The translations under genes were made by a program, and so were the position numbers. Shown piece by piece: positions 11,973-24,523 of a stretch of DNA of 64,000 bases. Location: contig OX597815.1 of the NCBI GenBank assembly GCA_951406725.2, positions 135,408,001 to 135,472,000 of the forward strand, given 5' to 3'. The stretch comes from Octopus vulgaris (Eukaryota). The first letter of the stretch is position 1. Each line of letters opens with the position of its first letter. Under the pieces are notes generated by a model that worked only from the letters and a program-made list of their open reading frames with translations, searched no databases and had not been told where the DNA came from.

Positions 11973-12630
11973 AGGCGGTGAGCTGGCAAAAAAGAAAAAA
12001 AAAAACAGAAAACGTTAGCACGCCGCGTAAAATGCTTGACGGCATTTCGTCTGTTCTTTACGTTCAGAGTTTAAATTCCGCCGAGGTCGACTTTTCCTTT
12101 TCATCCCTTTGGAGTCGATAAAATAAGTACCAGTTGAACATAGAGGTCAATGTAATCGACTTACCCCTCATCTGAAATTGTTAGCCTTATGCCAAAATTT
12201 GAAACAATTAACATTATTATTAGGTGGCGAGCTGACAGACTCATTAGCACGCCGGGCAAAATGCTCAGCGACTTTTCATTCATTTTTACGTTCTGAGTTC
12301 AAACTATACCGAGATTGAGTTGTCCTTTCGGGGTCGATAAAGTAAGTACCAAGTTGATGTAATCGACTAGCCCTCTCATCCAAATTTTCAGGCCTTGTGC
12401 CTGTAGTAGAAAAGATTTTTCTTATTATTCATCTTTATTACGTCGGTGAGCTAGCAGAATTGTTAGCAGGCCGGGCGAAATGCTTAACGGCCGGCATTTC
12501 GTCTGTCTTTACATTCCGAGTTCGACTCCACTTTTCATCCTTTAAGTCGAGAACTAGCGTTAATGTAATCGACTAGAAATTTCAGGTATAGTCCCCTGTA
12601 TTAGAAATTATTATTATTATTATTATTATT
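11973..12630 (+). mobile_element. Three tandem family-A SINEs with (ATT)n-like tails
   Basis: GGCGGTGAGCTGGC-type heads near 11973, 12223 and 12441, each ending in ATTATT-rich sequence. Confidence 0.82.
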
Positions 12631-12799
12631 ATAAATAATTTCAGCTGTGTATATTTTGGCTCGTTCGTATCATTATGAGGAGATAAATAGAGCATTGAGA
12701 AACATGCAGGAACCGTGGAAAGAAGTGAACAAAAAGAATTTTTTTTTAAAAAGGAATTGCGGGGTAGGGGAAAATGAAAACGTAAAATCAAGGCGAATT

Positions 12800-12960
12800 A
12801 TTGTTTAGCCCCAAGCTAACTAACCCTGATCGAACCAGCCGTGACCACCTGCCTTTTCTGTAATATATCTAAGACTGCGATCATTCAACGTGTCCCCCTT
12901 TTATTAAGCCGACAGGGAGATTTTAACTGCTACATCTAGCAGGCAAGCGACCACGTAGTT
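12800..12960 (-). repeat. Old interspersed repeat, family F
   Basis: Reverse complement of TTGC..GCTAGA..TAGCAG..AAATCT...GGTCACGGCTGG...GGGGCTAAACAA; about 10 diverged copies in the window. Confidence 0.6.
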
Positions 12961-13076
12961 GTTTTATAGTTGTTACCCTGCCGAAGCTCGATGACGATTT
13001 GAAGAAAGATGATTTATTTATCTATTTATTTATTTATTCATGTATTTTTATTTATTTATTTATTTATTTATTGTGG

Positions 13077-13306
13077 AGATAAGACATACCAACTGACTAG
13101 ACACAATAGCAGACGAACAAACAGAAAATATGGAGTTGAAGGAAGAGGGGCGATTGTTTTCACACACTTTCTTTTATGGGCAACAATAATTGTGGTGGTG
13201 GAGGCGACAACGTATTAGCCGAAAGGAAGGCGACAGTCCTAATTTATTTATTTAACTGTTTGTTCGTCTACTTGTATCATCATGTGTCTAGTCAGTTTGC
13301 CTTATC
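13077..13306. mobile_element. Degenerate foldback / MITE-like element
   Basis: AACTGACTAGACACA (13091-13105) vs TGTGTCTAGTCAGTT (13283-13297); AGACGAACAAACAG (13111-13124) vs CTGTTTGTTCGTCT (13256-13269). Confidence 0.6.
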
Positions 13307-13469
13307 GCTATCTATATTTGTCGGTCTTTTATGTTAGATTCAATCATTATGCCGGGTCACTTAATAACGTGATGGCTACACGATCACGTTTTTACTTCAA
13401 CATTCATTGATTAGATAACAAACTGGTTGGTTGCTTTCGTAGGCACACATACCACCAATATGCGAACGA

Positions 13470-13665
13470 GGATGCTCGCTCGAACGGCTTGAAATAGCAA
13501 CCAAATTTCCCTCAAATTAGACCCTATTTTTTTTTTTTTTTTTAAAGACTTTGGATAATATGATCCTAGATACATTGCATTTCAACAAAAAAAAATGGTT
13601 TGATCACGGCTGGAATGCTTCATCTGCTGGAACAGAGATGACGCAGGGTTGAATAACGAACAGTA
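13470..13665 (+). repeat. Family F repeat
   Basis: GAAATAGCAACCAAATTTCCCTCAAAT...GGATAATATGATCCTAGATACA...ATCACGGCTGGAATGC. Confidence 0.6.
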
Positions 13666-14811
13666 CAAGCAGAGATACGATCGATGTGTCTATACCATCC
13701 TCCTGCACCCTAACCAATATTTTACATAAGCGGAATAAATATTTGAGTTAACATTAAATCAAAACACAATCGAACTGAAAAGAGAATATTCTCTTGACCC
13801 TGTGTATTTGAACGAAATTTTTCGCTATTATTTATAGCCACCAAATATGAAAGAGAATTTTGTTGCTATGAGATATAATCAACGTATTTCTATTGGATTT
13901 GGATTTTCGTATAAACAGCACTTTATCTAGCATATGACATGCTGAATAAAGCAGAGCCACGGATTCAGTATGGAAATAACTTCGTTATAAAGCAAAATTT
14001 GGAATATATATATATATATACTGCTTAGCATTAATATAAAACGAATAAAACATCCCAATTACATAATATCTGAGGAACTTGGGCAGACACAAAAACAAAA
14101 TATAATGATGGAAATTGATAAAATAAATATCAATCCAACTACATCCACTCTTTCACAAATTATGTAGCATTTATAACAATGTAAGAAAATCATTAATTTA
14201 TTAATATGCAGAAGTAAAGGTATATTGCTCGTAGCCTGCCTTAAGCTCTTCCAGCCAAGGGGATATGGATAGTTTCATTGAGAGAGATTAGTGAGCTTGG
14301 CAATCAGTATTGAAAACTTCTTGCAGCTTAGTGGAATTTAGTGACTGAATAATAAACGGGGAGGAGGGGGGGGTAGTGATAAAGGGATATGGTACTGGGG
14401 AAGAAGAAATTTGCAAGCTGTTAAGCACCAGGATTTTAGTAGTGATACTCAGTGGATTTGTGCCAGGATATGTTATAAGGAAGAAGCAGATGCTGTATTA
14501 AATAAGTTTCAGAAGTGAAAGCAGCATGCAAGCTTGGATGTGAACACAACAAAACTACAAGAACAAATGCAAGGACCTCTGTCATTTAGGATTGACCATT
14601 TATCTGCATCTGTAAGCACAGGCCTGGGAAAGGCTCTTTTGTTCAAGACTGGTGGTTGCTGATGTACATAAGCCTATCCTCTTCACACTACTGATATCAT
14701 TCATAGGAAAAGTCACTGCCTTAGGGCCAATACAGTTGGCACTAATATGATCACAGACATTTCTAGCATAATACAAAGGACCAGAATAGGCACTATGGAG
14801 CATCTGTTCTT

Positions 14812-15013
14812 ATTTCTTTATTGCCCACAAGGGACTGAACATAGAGGGGACAAACAAGGACAGACAAAAGGGATCAAGTCGATTACATCGACCCCAGTGC
14901 GTAACTGGTACTTAATTTATCGACCCCGAAAGGATGAAAGGTAAAGTTGACCTCGGCGGAATTTGACGTCAGAACGTAGTGGCGTGCTAACGATTCCGCC
15001 AGCTTGCCGCCTT
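14812..15013 (-). mobile_element. Family-A SINE with 14-bp TSD
   Basis: GAGCATCTGTTCTT at 14798-14811 and 15014-15027. Confidence 0.9.
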
Positions 15014-16180
15014 GAGCATCTGTTCTTGATATGGAGCATCTGTTCTAGCCCTCTAATGGTTCTACCAATTGAGTACTCTGGATTGGTTATTTTTTTATTG
15101 ACCAGAACAGTGGAAAGCAAAGTTGACCTTGGCAGGATTTCGACTAAGGGAGTTAGAATACTGTCAGACATTATTTACAATACTCTAACAACTTTGCCAA
15201 CTTGCTGCCTTTCAAAAGCAGAATGGTAAATACAAACAGGTTTAACAGACTAATAACTTAATAACAGTAAAAAATGCATGAACAAGCGTTATCATATTTC
15301 AGTCTTTATCTGCTTGTTTTTTTCTTGTTTTTTGGGGGGGTTTTTTTCAGTATACAGATACTGTAAAATTAGAAGCAGATAAAAAGTAAAAGAATGTTCC
15401 AGGATATTCAGAAACCCTTTGATTTAAAGTAAATATATTGATATGCATGTCCTTAGTGCATGGATATAACTACATACTTACATACGTATATGTGTATATA
15501 GGTGTACGTGTGTGTGTGTGTGTGTACACATCTGTCATCTAAAAAGCAAGAAAAAGACCTGCGTAACTGAAGGAAAATGCAAAGAAACAAAATGGGACAA
15601 GGAGAAGCAAAAAAGAGGGAGAATTGGAAAAAGAAAGGAGAAACATATGCAATAAGGAATGAGGAAGTGGGTGATACCCACTCAATTTGGTTATTTCACT
15701 GCTGCATATATATATTCATACGTGTGTGTGTGTGTGTAAGCACACATGGGTTAACTTACATCCCATGTTGTCTTTGTTTGATATGGAGGTTGGCTGATTG
15801 ATTTGTTAGATATCATATTAAGCCATTTGTTTGGTGCCAATAGAGAATAGTTAGAAGGATGTTATATTAACTATTTATACAACTGGTTGGTCAATGGATG
15901 TGTCTAGAAATAAGACTGGTTAAAGCAACAGCCAAAAGGAAGGGGAAAAATTGAAGAATTTCTCATCTACTATGCAAAATTGTGGTTGTGTTATAAATTG
16001 ATGTTTTGGAAGTAGTTTGAAGAGACTCTTGCAAGGAACAAATAAATGAATTTAGGCCATCTAAGTAGACATTTTTCTGTGAGTTATTTGCAGCCTTCAG
16101 ATTTACACATACTGTGAACATGTGACTAGGTGGAATTGGTAAAAAAAAAAAAAAAGTGCTGAAGAGTGTATAGACACAAG

Positions 16181-16440
16181 CAGGGTTGCCAGATCCATTT
16201 CATAAAAACCAGCATAGAAAATAGCAGATTGTGTTAAAAACTAGCACAACATGAAAATTTTGCTGATAAATTAATATATAAAGATTGCCTGCAAGTTAGT
16301 TCTAATTTATTAAGTTGATAATTCAATAGGATTTTAGTTTTTTTTTAAATTTGAAATTTTAAACCAAATTATAAAATTACCAGTGTGCAGTCCTGAAAAT
16401 TAGTTTAATACACCACTTATAGTCAAATCTGACAACCCTG
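16181..16440. mobile_element. hAT-type MITE
   Basis: TIRs CAGGGTTGCCAGA / TCTGACAACCCTG; degenerate 8-bp flanks GACACAAG/AATGCAAG. Confidence 0.72.
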
Positions 16441-16494
16441 AATGCAAGCAGCATCAGGGATTGTTATCATTCATAGAAGGAAAATATGTTGATA

Positions 16495-16805
16495 CGTTGT
16501 TTGTTCCTTCTCGAGCCATGCCTGGCTCATAGGGTTGGGTTCTCGGTTTCCTTGGCGTATAGGTTCCCCACCTGGACGGGACGCTGGTCCGTCGCAGATG
16601 AGCTGCAAGATGCAGGAGGAAAGAGTGAGAGAAAGTTGTGGCGAAAGAGTCAGCAGAGGTTTGCCATGACCTTCTGCCGGAGCCATGTGGAGCTAAGGTG
16701 TTTCACTCATAAACACACACACACATCGCCCGGTCTGAGATTCGAACCCGCGATCCCTCGACCGTGAGTCCACTGCTCTAACCACTAGGCCCCATGTGCC
16801 TCCAC
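16495..16805 (-). mobile_element. Family-D tRNA-derived SINE with 9-bp TSD
   Basis: Minus head has A box GGCCTAGTGGTT and B box GGTTCGAATCT; ATGTTGATA at 16486-16494 and 16806-16814; second copy at 19465-19763. Confidence 0.9.
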
Positions 16806-17965
16806 ATGTTGATATATTAAGAGTTCAAATTCACTGCATGTGTTTTCTCTGTGTTATTAGGCGAATATAAGTCAGATGATCTCGAAATCTTATTTTCAAC
16901 ATATTAGTATCCAACCAAAAAGGAAATTTAAATCCTTTTCAACCCTTGAGCAGCAGAAACCATCAATTGATGTTGCATTAGTGAACAGTGGACATCATTA
17001 ATTAATGCTTCAAAAATTTCACACAGATTCAGCCATCATCAACTGAGACCTGAGTGTCTCCTTCACCAAATACGCTTAAGCATAAGGGGCCCTTATCGAT
17101 GGGAAAAATCAAGGTGCAAATGAAGAAGCTTTTCTTGACTTTCCTTCATCATCAGATGAGGTACATGATGATGATGATGCTCTAGATGACACAGAAAAAA
17201 TTAATGCTTCAACTAGATCTGGATGGAAAAAGTGCACCAACTTTTTCCATAATTTTAATAACAAAATATTAAATTTAGGAACTTAATATTTCTTTTATTT
17301 CCCTTTTATCTTTCTTTTTATAATCTAAGAGTTAAAATATCATTTTCATAGTTTGCGGAATTGTTTAAAGTGAAAATAAGCATAAAAATTACCCTTATGT
17401 ATAAAGCACCTATAATAAAAAGGATTTTCTGCTTGATGCAGCTCTTTTCTGGCATTTAAAGGTTAAAAAAAACTCTCTTGGGATTAAAAAGCATTTACAT
17501 AATTTCACAGCCACAAACTCAGAAATTTTTAGTTCAAATCTAGTGTAAATATTTTGTTGCTAATCTGGGCAGTAAACTTTTTCCTACATGTGCATCATCA
17601 GTTCACTAAGATGTGAAGGAAAGATTAACAAGGCCATCTAAGAGGGTTAAACAACCACAGATAGGTACCCAGTCCAGAAAAAATCTTTGTTCTTTTTTAA
17701 CCATCAGATCTGAGCAATTACACAATACTGATACACCATCAGTATTATGCAATAAAGGTCACTTCTGTAATAATTAAGTTTAAAAAATCAAAACATACAG
17801 GCAATTAATTCAATTTTACATTGATTCAAAATAGAATAGTGAGATATGTAGTCTACATTAAAAAACATGAAGTTTATTAGTCATTAATCAGAGCTCTCTT
17901 GGCAAGGATTTGTGAGTCATACCAAGAACTCAGATTTTTATTTTCTATTACATAAGCACAATTTT

Positions 17966-18033
17966 ATTTTTTACTTGTTTCAGTCATTGAACTGCAGCCA
18001 TGTTGGAACACACCAGTTATCAAATGGTGGGAT

Positions 18034-18066
<33 letters not shown>

Positions 18067-18225
18067 ACAGGCTTCCCATACAATTCTCATCAACCAAATT
18101 CACTCACAATGCATTGTTCAGCTTGGGGCTATAATAGTAGATGCTTGCCCATGATGGAACACAATGGGACTGAATCTGAAACTATATGGTGCAAAGTGAG
18201 CTTCTTAACCACAAAGCCAAGCTTG
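17966..18225 (-). mobile_element. Degenerate SINE B-G with internal (CA)n
   Basis: Tail TTTTACTTGTTTCAGTCATTGAACTGCAGCCATG, (CA)n, then decayed B head. Confidence 0.65.
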
Positions 18226-18275
18226 CATCAATCTACCAATCGATAGACAGACAGATAGAAAAATAGATAGATATA

Positions 18276-18815
18276 TCATCATCATCATCATTTAATGTAT
18301 GTTTGCCATGCTGGCATGAGTTGGACAGTTTGACAGGAGATGGCCAGCCAGGGATTTGCCCAGGTTCCAATTGTCTGTTTTGGCACGGTTTCTATGGTTG
18401 GATGCTCTTCCTAATGCTAACCACTTTCCTAACTGTACTGGATAATTTTTACATGGCACCAGCACAGGAGCTTTTCATAGCACCAGCATGGAAGCTTTTA
18501 TGTAGGACTGGCACCAGACGACAGAGGGACATGCCTGTATGTATAGATGGCCATTATTTTACTTAGCCTGATGTATCTTCTCAAGCACAGCAAATCGCCG
18601 GAAGTTTTGGCCACTTATCTCCACAGTGAGGCCTAGCATCTGAAGATCCTTTGTCACCACATCAACCCTCATCTTCCTGGGTCTACCCCTTCCATATGTT
18701 CCCTCCACAATTAGAGATCATCACTTCTTTATGCAGCTGTCCTCATCCATATGCACCACATGACCAAACCAGCACAGTTTTCTCTCTTGCACACTAGATC
18801 CGATACCTTTTACTT
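18276..18815 (-). mobile_element. 5'-truncated RTE LINE 3' end (ORF C-terminus plus E module)
   Basis: Minus reads WFGHVVHMDEDSCIKK...GTYGRGRPRKM, then E module and (GAT)n tail. Confidence 0.8.
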
Positions 18816-18936
18816 TATATCCAATTTTTCACTCAAATTCTGTCCAACCAATGCAAGCTAGGAAAAGTGAAGATTAAACAACAAGCATGGAAAAGGGATT
18901 TGAAATAGTAATGATGATAATGATGATATATATTCC

Positions 18937-19275
18937 ATCATCATTATCATCATCATCATCATTGTTTAATGTTTGGGTTGAACAGTTTGACTGAGCCAGT
19001 AAGCTGTACCAGGCTCCAGTCTGATCTGACAAGATTTCTACAGTTGGATGCCCTTCCTAACGCCAACCACTCCAAGAGTGAAGTGGGCACATTTTACATG
19101 CCACCGGCATGGGAGCCAGTCAGGTGGCACTGGCATCAATCATGTTCATATGGTCCTTTTTATATGCCACTGGCATGGGAGCCAGTTGGGATGGGGGTGA
19201 CTGGCATTGACCACGTTTGGATGGTGCTTTTTACGTGTCACTGGTATGGGGGAGCCAGTCAGGTGGCACTGGCTA
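18937..19275 (-). mobile_element. RTE E module with three internal 65-70 bp tandem units
   Basis: TTTTA(C/T)(A/G)TG(C/T)CAC.GG.ATGGGAGCCAGT...ACTGGC occurs three times at about 19090-19275. Confidence 0.75.
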
Positions 19276-19464
19276 ATGATGGGCTTCAGGATGATAAGTT
19301 ATGTTACAACTTGTTATAAGACTGGTTGGGCTGAGGTTACAGTAGAAGACACTTGCTCAAAGAGCCATGCAGTGACATTGAACTTGAAAATATGTGGTTG
19401 CAATGCAAACTAAGTAGACACACACAGCCATGCCCGCATCATTTTTCCCCATGATGTCATCTTT

Positions 19465-19763
19465 TTTTGTTGTTTGTTGCTTCTCGAGCCATGCCTGGCT
19501 CATAAGGGCCGGTTTCCTGGTTTCCTTGGCATATTAGGTTCCCCACCTGGACAGGACACAGGTGAGCTACAAGATGCAGGAGGAAAGAGTGAGAGAAAGT
19601 TATGGCGAAAGTATCAGCAGAAGTTCGCCATTACCTTCTGCCAGAGCCACATGGAGCTTAGATGTTTTGCTCATAAACACACACATCACCCGGTCTGAGA
19701 TTCGAACCCGTGATCCCTCGACCATGAGTCCTCTGCTCTAACCACTAGGCCATGTGCCTCCAC
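19465..19763 (-). mobile_element. Family-D SINE, adjacent to an older family-A remnant (19779-19890)
   Basis: Aligns to 16495-16805; degenerate TSD ATGATGTCATCTTT/ATGAGGTCACCTTT. Confidence 0.85.
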
Positions 19764-20773
19764 TATGAGGTCACCTTTGCTGTTCATCCTTTCAGAGTCG
19801 ATAAATTAAACCTCAGTTGCATACTGGGTTAATCTAATCGACTGGCTCCCACCCCAAGAATTTCAGGTTTTGTGCCTAGAGTAGAAAAGAATATATTATT
19901 TTTACCCCATTTTTCTCTTTTTTAACATTTCATCAGTTTTTTTTTTTTTTTTCCTTTTACAAAAAGTATTTTATTGCTTTGCTTAAGGAGAAGATACGCA
20001 AGTGGCTGGCGTTTGTAAACTATCAAAGAGAAAACTAGAACTGTAAAATAGAACTTCTCTTCATATCTGCTTGTCCATGTGACTAGATGGTTTTCAGCTG
20101 TGAATGAGTTAGTTGGAAGAGAATGTAGGTCAAACATAGACCACCACATTCATAACTTCATCAGTCTGTAGTAGCCTAATAGAGAATTTCTTAATATCTA
20201 TAACACTATTGGAAAAATATATGTTCTTCACTCTATTTAAGCAGTGTGTAAGTGTGTGTGTGTTATGTATAATATGACTATAATTGTGTGTGTGCGTGTG
20301 TTTGTGGGTGGGTGGGTGTGCATTAGTACAACCATTAGCAGATTCAGCAGTAATAGAAACTGTGTAGTTCATTAATATGTATGGTAGTGGTGTGTAAATG
20401 ATTAGTGTGTGTGTGTGCCTACACATTACAAAAAAAATATAATAATATATGTTCTCCTTATAAACTACATATATACAACATGTAAACAAAAAAAAAATGC
20501 GTTCGTGTTTTCTTTTATGTATATGTGTACATGTGTGCCAATAAAAACTAAGTGATGTGTAGCATTTTATGGTTATTGATGCAGTTTTATAATATTGTTA
20601 TAGATATATTTTTTTCGTTTTTAGTTTTAAACTCAGACATCCAAAATGAGGCATTCTTTCTTTTTTTTTTCATACCATGGGGTACAATCGAGAACAGAAA
20701 TAAAAATCAGATATTTTGAGAGGCCATCAAATATGAGGAAGATGGTTGAGTAGCCCAGTATATACATAGATAC

Positions 20774-20818
<45 letters not shown>

Positions 20819-21151
20819 CAATATATAATGCATAAGTGGTTAATGTTAGAAAGGACATCCAGCCTTAGAAACCATAAAAAAACTGATATTGGGAGCATGG
20901 CATAAGCCATGCAGCACACTATGAACTGCCAAACTATCCAACTTGTGCCAGTGTGGAAAACAAACATTAAATGATGATGATGATAATGATCTTTTAAATA
21001 TATATAAATACATATATATATATAGAAAGAGAGAGAGAGAGAGGTGGGGGAGGAAGATAGGGGTAGAGAGAAAGAAATAATAAACAGTAAACATGTGCTA
21101 TTCAAAACTTTAAAGAACTAGCATGCATTACAGCAAAATGCCAAAATAATT

Positions 21152-21369
21152 CTTTTCTACTCTAGGCACAAGGCCCGAAGTTTTAGAGGAGGATTCCAGT
21201 CGATTAAATCGACCACAACAGTACACAACTGGTACTTAATTTATCGACCCAGTAAGGATGAAACGCAAAGTCGACCTCGGCGGAATTTGAACTCAGAATG
21301 TTAAAGCCAAACGAAATACTGCTAAGCATTTCGCCTAGCATGCTAACGTTTCTGCCAGCTCGCCGCCTT
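21152..21369 (-). mobile_element. Family-A SINE with 17-bp TSD
   Basis: AAAATGCCAAAATAATT at 21135-21151 and 21370-21386. Confidence 0.92.
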
Positions 21370-21602
21370 AAAATGCCAAAATAATTACAAGTAGAGACAT
21401 TATACAATCATGCATTTCACCTCATCCTTCTATTATTTATCAAACACTCCGCACTCTAGCCTATCCTGAGTTTGGCACCTTGCGTCTTGCTATACTGGAT
21501 ACCAGAGTGGAATGCAGAGCCCACTACAGAGCCTGATTGTGGTTGCATGTCACACTTTACTATGCCTTCCATTTTTGAGACGTGTGTGTGTGTGTGTGTG
21601 AT

Positions 21603-21840
21603 ATCATCATTATCATTTAACATCTGTTTCCCATGTTGGTGTGAGTTGGACGGCTTGACAGGAGCTGGCAAGGCCAAGGGCTGCGCTATGTTCCACTCTG
21701 TTTTGGCCTGGTTTCTACAGCTAGATGCTCTTCCTAATGCCAACCACTCTACAGAGTGTACTAGCTTGCTTTGTATGTGGTGCCAGTACCAGTGCTTTTT
21801 TATGTGGTACCATCACTGACAGGGTCATCTAGTATCTTGA
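21603..21840 (-). mobile_element. RTE E module
   Basis: ATCATCATTATCATTTAACATC...GGTTTCTACAGCTAGATGCTCTTCCTAATGCCAACCAC. Confidence 0.72.
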
Positions 21841-21964
21841 AAGACAAAAGAAGCGAAAACCCCCACAACTGGGAAAGGGAAGTAGTATTGAAGGGAGGGG
21901 TGAGTTTGTGTCACCTGAGAGATTAAAAGATATAAAGGGACATAGAGATCAAGATAAGGAGAGC

Positions 21965-21997
<33 letters not shown>

Positions 21998-22190
21998 GGT
22001 GCCAAAGATGTGTTGAGATATGCCTATGAGGGACATTATTCTTATATATATATACTAGCAGCTAAGCCCAGTTTCACCCAGTTAGTTTGGATGATGTGGC
22101 TCTAAAACCTACACTGTGTAAGCATTCAACTTGTTTGGGTATGCTTACGTTAAAAACAATTTTAGAATGACTTTTTAGAATGACCATACT

Positions 22191-22242
<52 letters not shown>

Positions 22243-24082
22243 GTTTTGGAATGGTAAATCTTGGAGCATATAAAGCTATAAATAACAGCAGGTATTGGGT
22301 TAAAAAACCCTTTGGATACAAAAAAATCAAAAGCTGCCCATGGGATTTGAACCTACATCTTCTGTAAACATGACAGACATTCTACCATTGGACGAAAGCA
22401 CACCTTTAAATTTCTCTATTTTGGAAACTTTATTCTAGCCATAAAAAGAGCTGTAAAGTTGTAAGTTCTTGCTGTAGGTGACAGAGACAATGTAATTGTT
22501 GCAAATGTTTCTTTTTCATACACTACTTTACTCTGAGAGTCTCCAAATGAGTAAAGAAGAAGTAGTGGCCATCACAAAATTTAAATTTCACCAAAAAGCT
22601 GGCAGGTAATGGAAGTGACTATTGAAGAAGGAAAAAAACTGGATAGACTTTTCAAGTGTAGATACCAAAGATAAAAGATAAAGTGATGGTATACAGGGTA
22701 GGGGGCTCTCTCTCTTTTTTAAGTCTTAGAAATGTAATGCATGAGCTTGACATTGAAAGGATCTGAGGTCACAGCTGTGTGGTATCAAATTAGATACGGT
22801 AAAGCTAGATATCTTACACAATTAATCACATCATTCATATTTTTCACACAGAATTATCATCACTCCATCCTTTAGTCACATTCAGATATTCTGCTGCTAA
22901 ATATACGGTGTTAATACTTTTGACTATTACATCACAGTCTGTAAGAAGTAAATAACAGCCAAATTTCAGGAATATTTAAACTCCTGAAGCATATATGTAT
23001 TGTCTGGGCCATTCTTGTTTGCCCTCATAGTTTGAAATATCATTTCTGCTCATGGTTTACAATCTAAATGCTACTAAAAATAAATGCACATCTGAGATAT
23101 GAAAAGAAGTCTTAAATTGCATACCCTTAATCTCAAATTCCTGCACACTAATATGGAGCTACTGAACTGCTGCACTCTTTTGTGTATTAGAATACCTCAC
23201 AAAATATGCATTCCATATAGAGATTCATATTTAACCTCAGGTGACAAGACAACTGAATATTACAACAATGTATCAGTAGTTGTGCAACATTGCGATCATG
23301 TGCCTTTAATAGGAGAAAACCATAGGAGGCTATTTCAAATGCATATTAGTCAGGTCATGAAAAAAAAAAAAAAGAAAGGTCATGCAATGCAATTTCTTTA
23401 CTTTTCTTTTTGTTATTCATTGTGTATATATGCATTGAATATAAACCGCCAATTCTTACCAAATTGTAATGATCCGTAAGGCCTGCTGCGTATCTCTAGT
23501 TTTTGTCGTGTTTACTTCTGGGTAAAGTGCTGGTCTGTTACCGACATTTTTCTCCACTTGCACCACACAAAAGAAGTTTAATTCACCACAGCAAGTTAAT
23601 GTAGCACTCTATACTTGCTTGAATATGATTTATTTGTTTGAAAAATTGCTTTGTACAGCTGTATATCCTTCCTACTGATAGCCTCTCAACTTTAGAGCAT
23701 ATACAAAACGTGCATTTTATACTCCTGGCCAAACCAAATCAAGAAGAGCTACATACTTTTCTCAGGATTATTACACAATGACAGTAGTAAGGTGTAAACT
23801 TATGAAAATGTTGCCAGTAGTCCAGCAAACAGATGTCTTTCCACAGCAATAAATATTGTATGGAAGAGCTAAGTAACAGCTGATTTAGCTTCTATCTGTG
23901 AACAAGTTTATATAAGAGGGATTATAGAATCAATCTCTCTTCATATACAAGGTTTCTTGGGAATTTTGTAATTTATATGTAAGGCAAGGTTGTATCACTT
24001 GTTTTGCATTTCAAACAACCCTTATTTGTTATTTCTGATACAACAGCAGAATGCCTTTAGTACTCTAGTTAGGTTAGGTTCT

Positions 24083-24107
24083 CATATATATACATATATA
24101 TATACAC

Positions 24108-24140
<33 letters not shown>

Positions 24141-24492
24141 TATACACATATACATATATACATATATATATACACATATACATATATATATATACACATA
24201 TATATATACACATATACATATATACATATATATATATACACATATACATATATATATACACATATACATATATATATATACACATATACATATATATATA
24301 CACATATACATATATATACATATACATATATATATACACATATACATATATATATACACATATACATATATATATATACACATATACATATATATATATA
24401 CACATATACATATATATATATACACATATACATATATATATACACATATACATATATATATCATATATATACACATATACATATATATACAC

Positions 24493-24523
<31 letters not shown>

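Noticed and set aside
16505-16560. Hammerhead-looking (C/T)TATGA-GCCA..TGGC in the family-D SINE tail (minus)
   Set aside because: No CUGANGA or properly placed GAAA core; better explained as a SINE 3' stem-loop.
16730-16805. tRNA-like sequences with A and B boxes (also 48358, 56220)
   Set aside because: They are SINE heads continuing into repeat bodies, some with TSDs; no complete cloverleaf.
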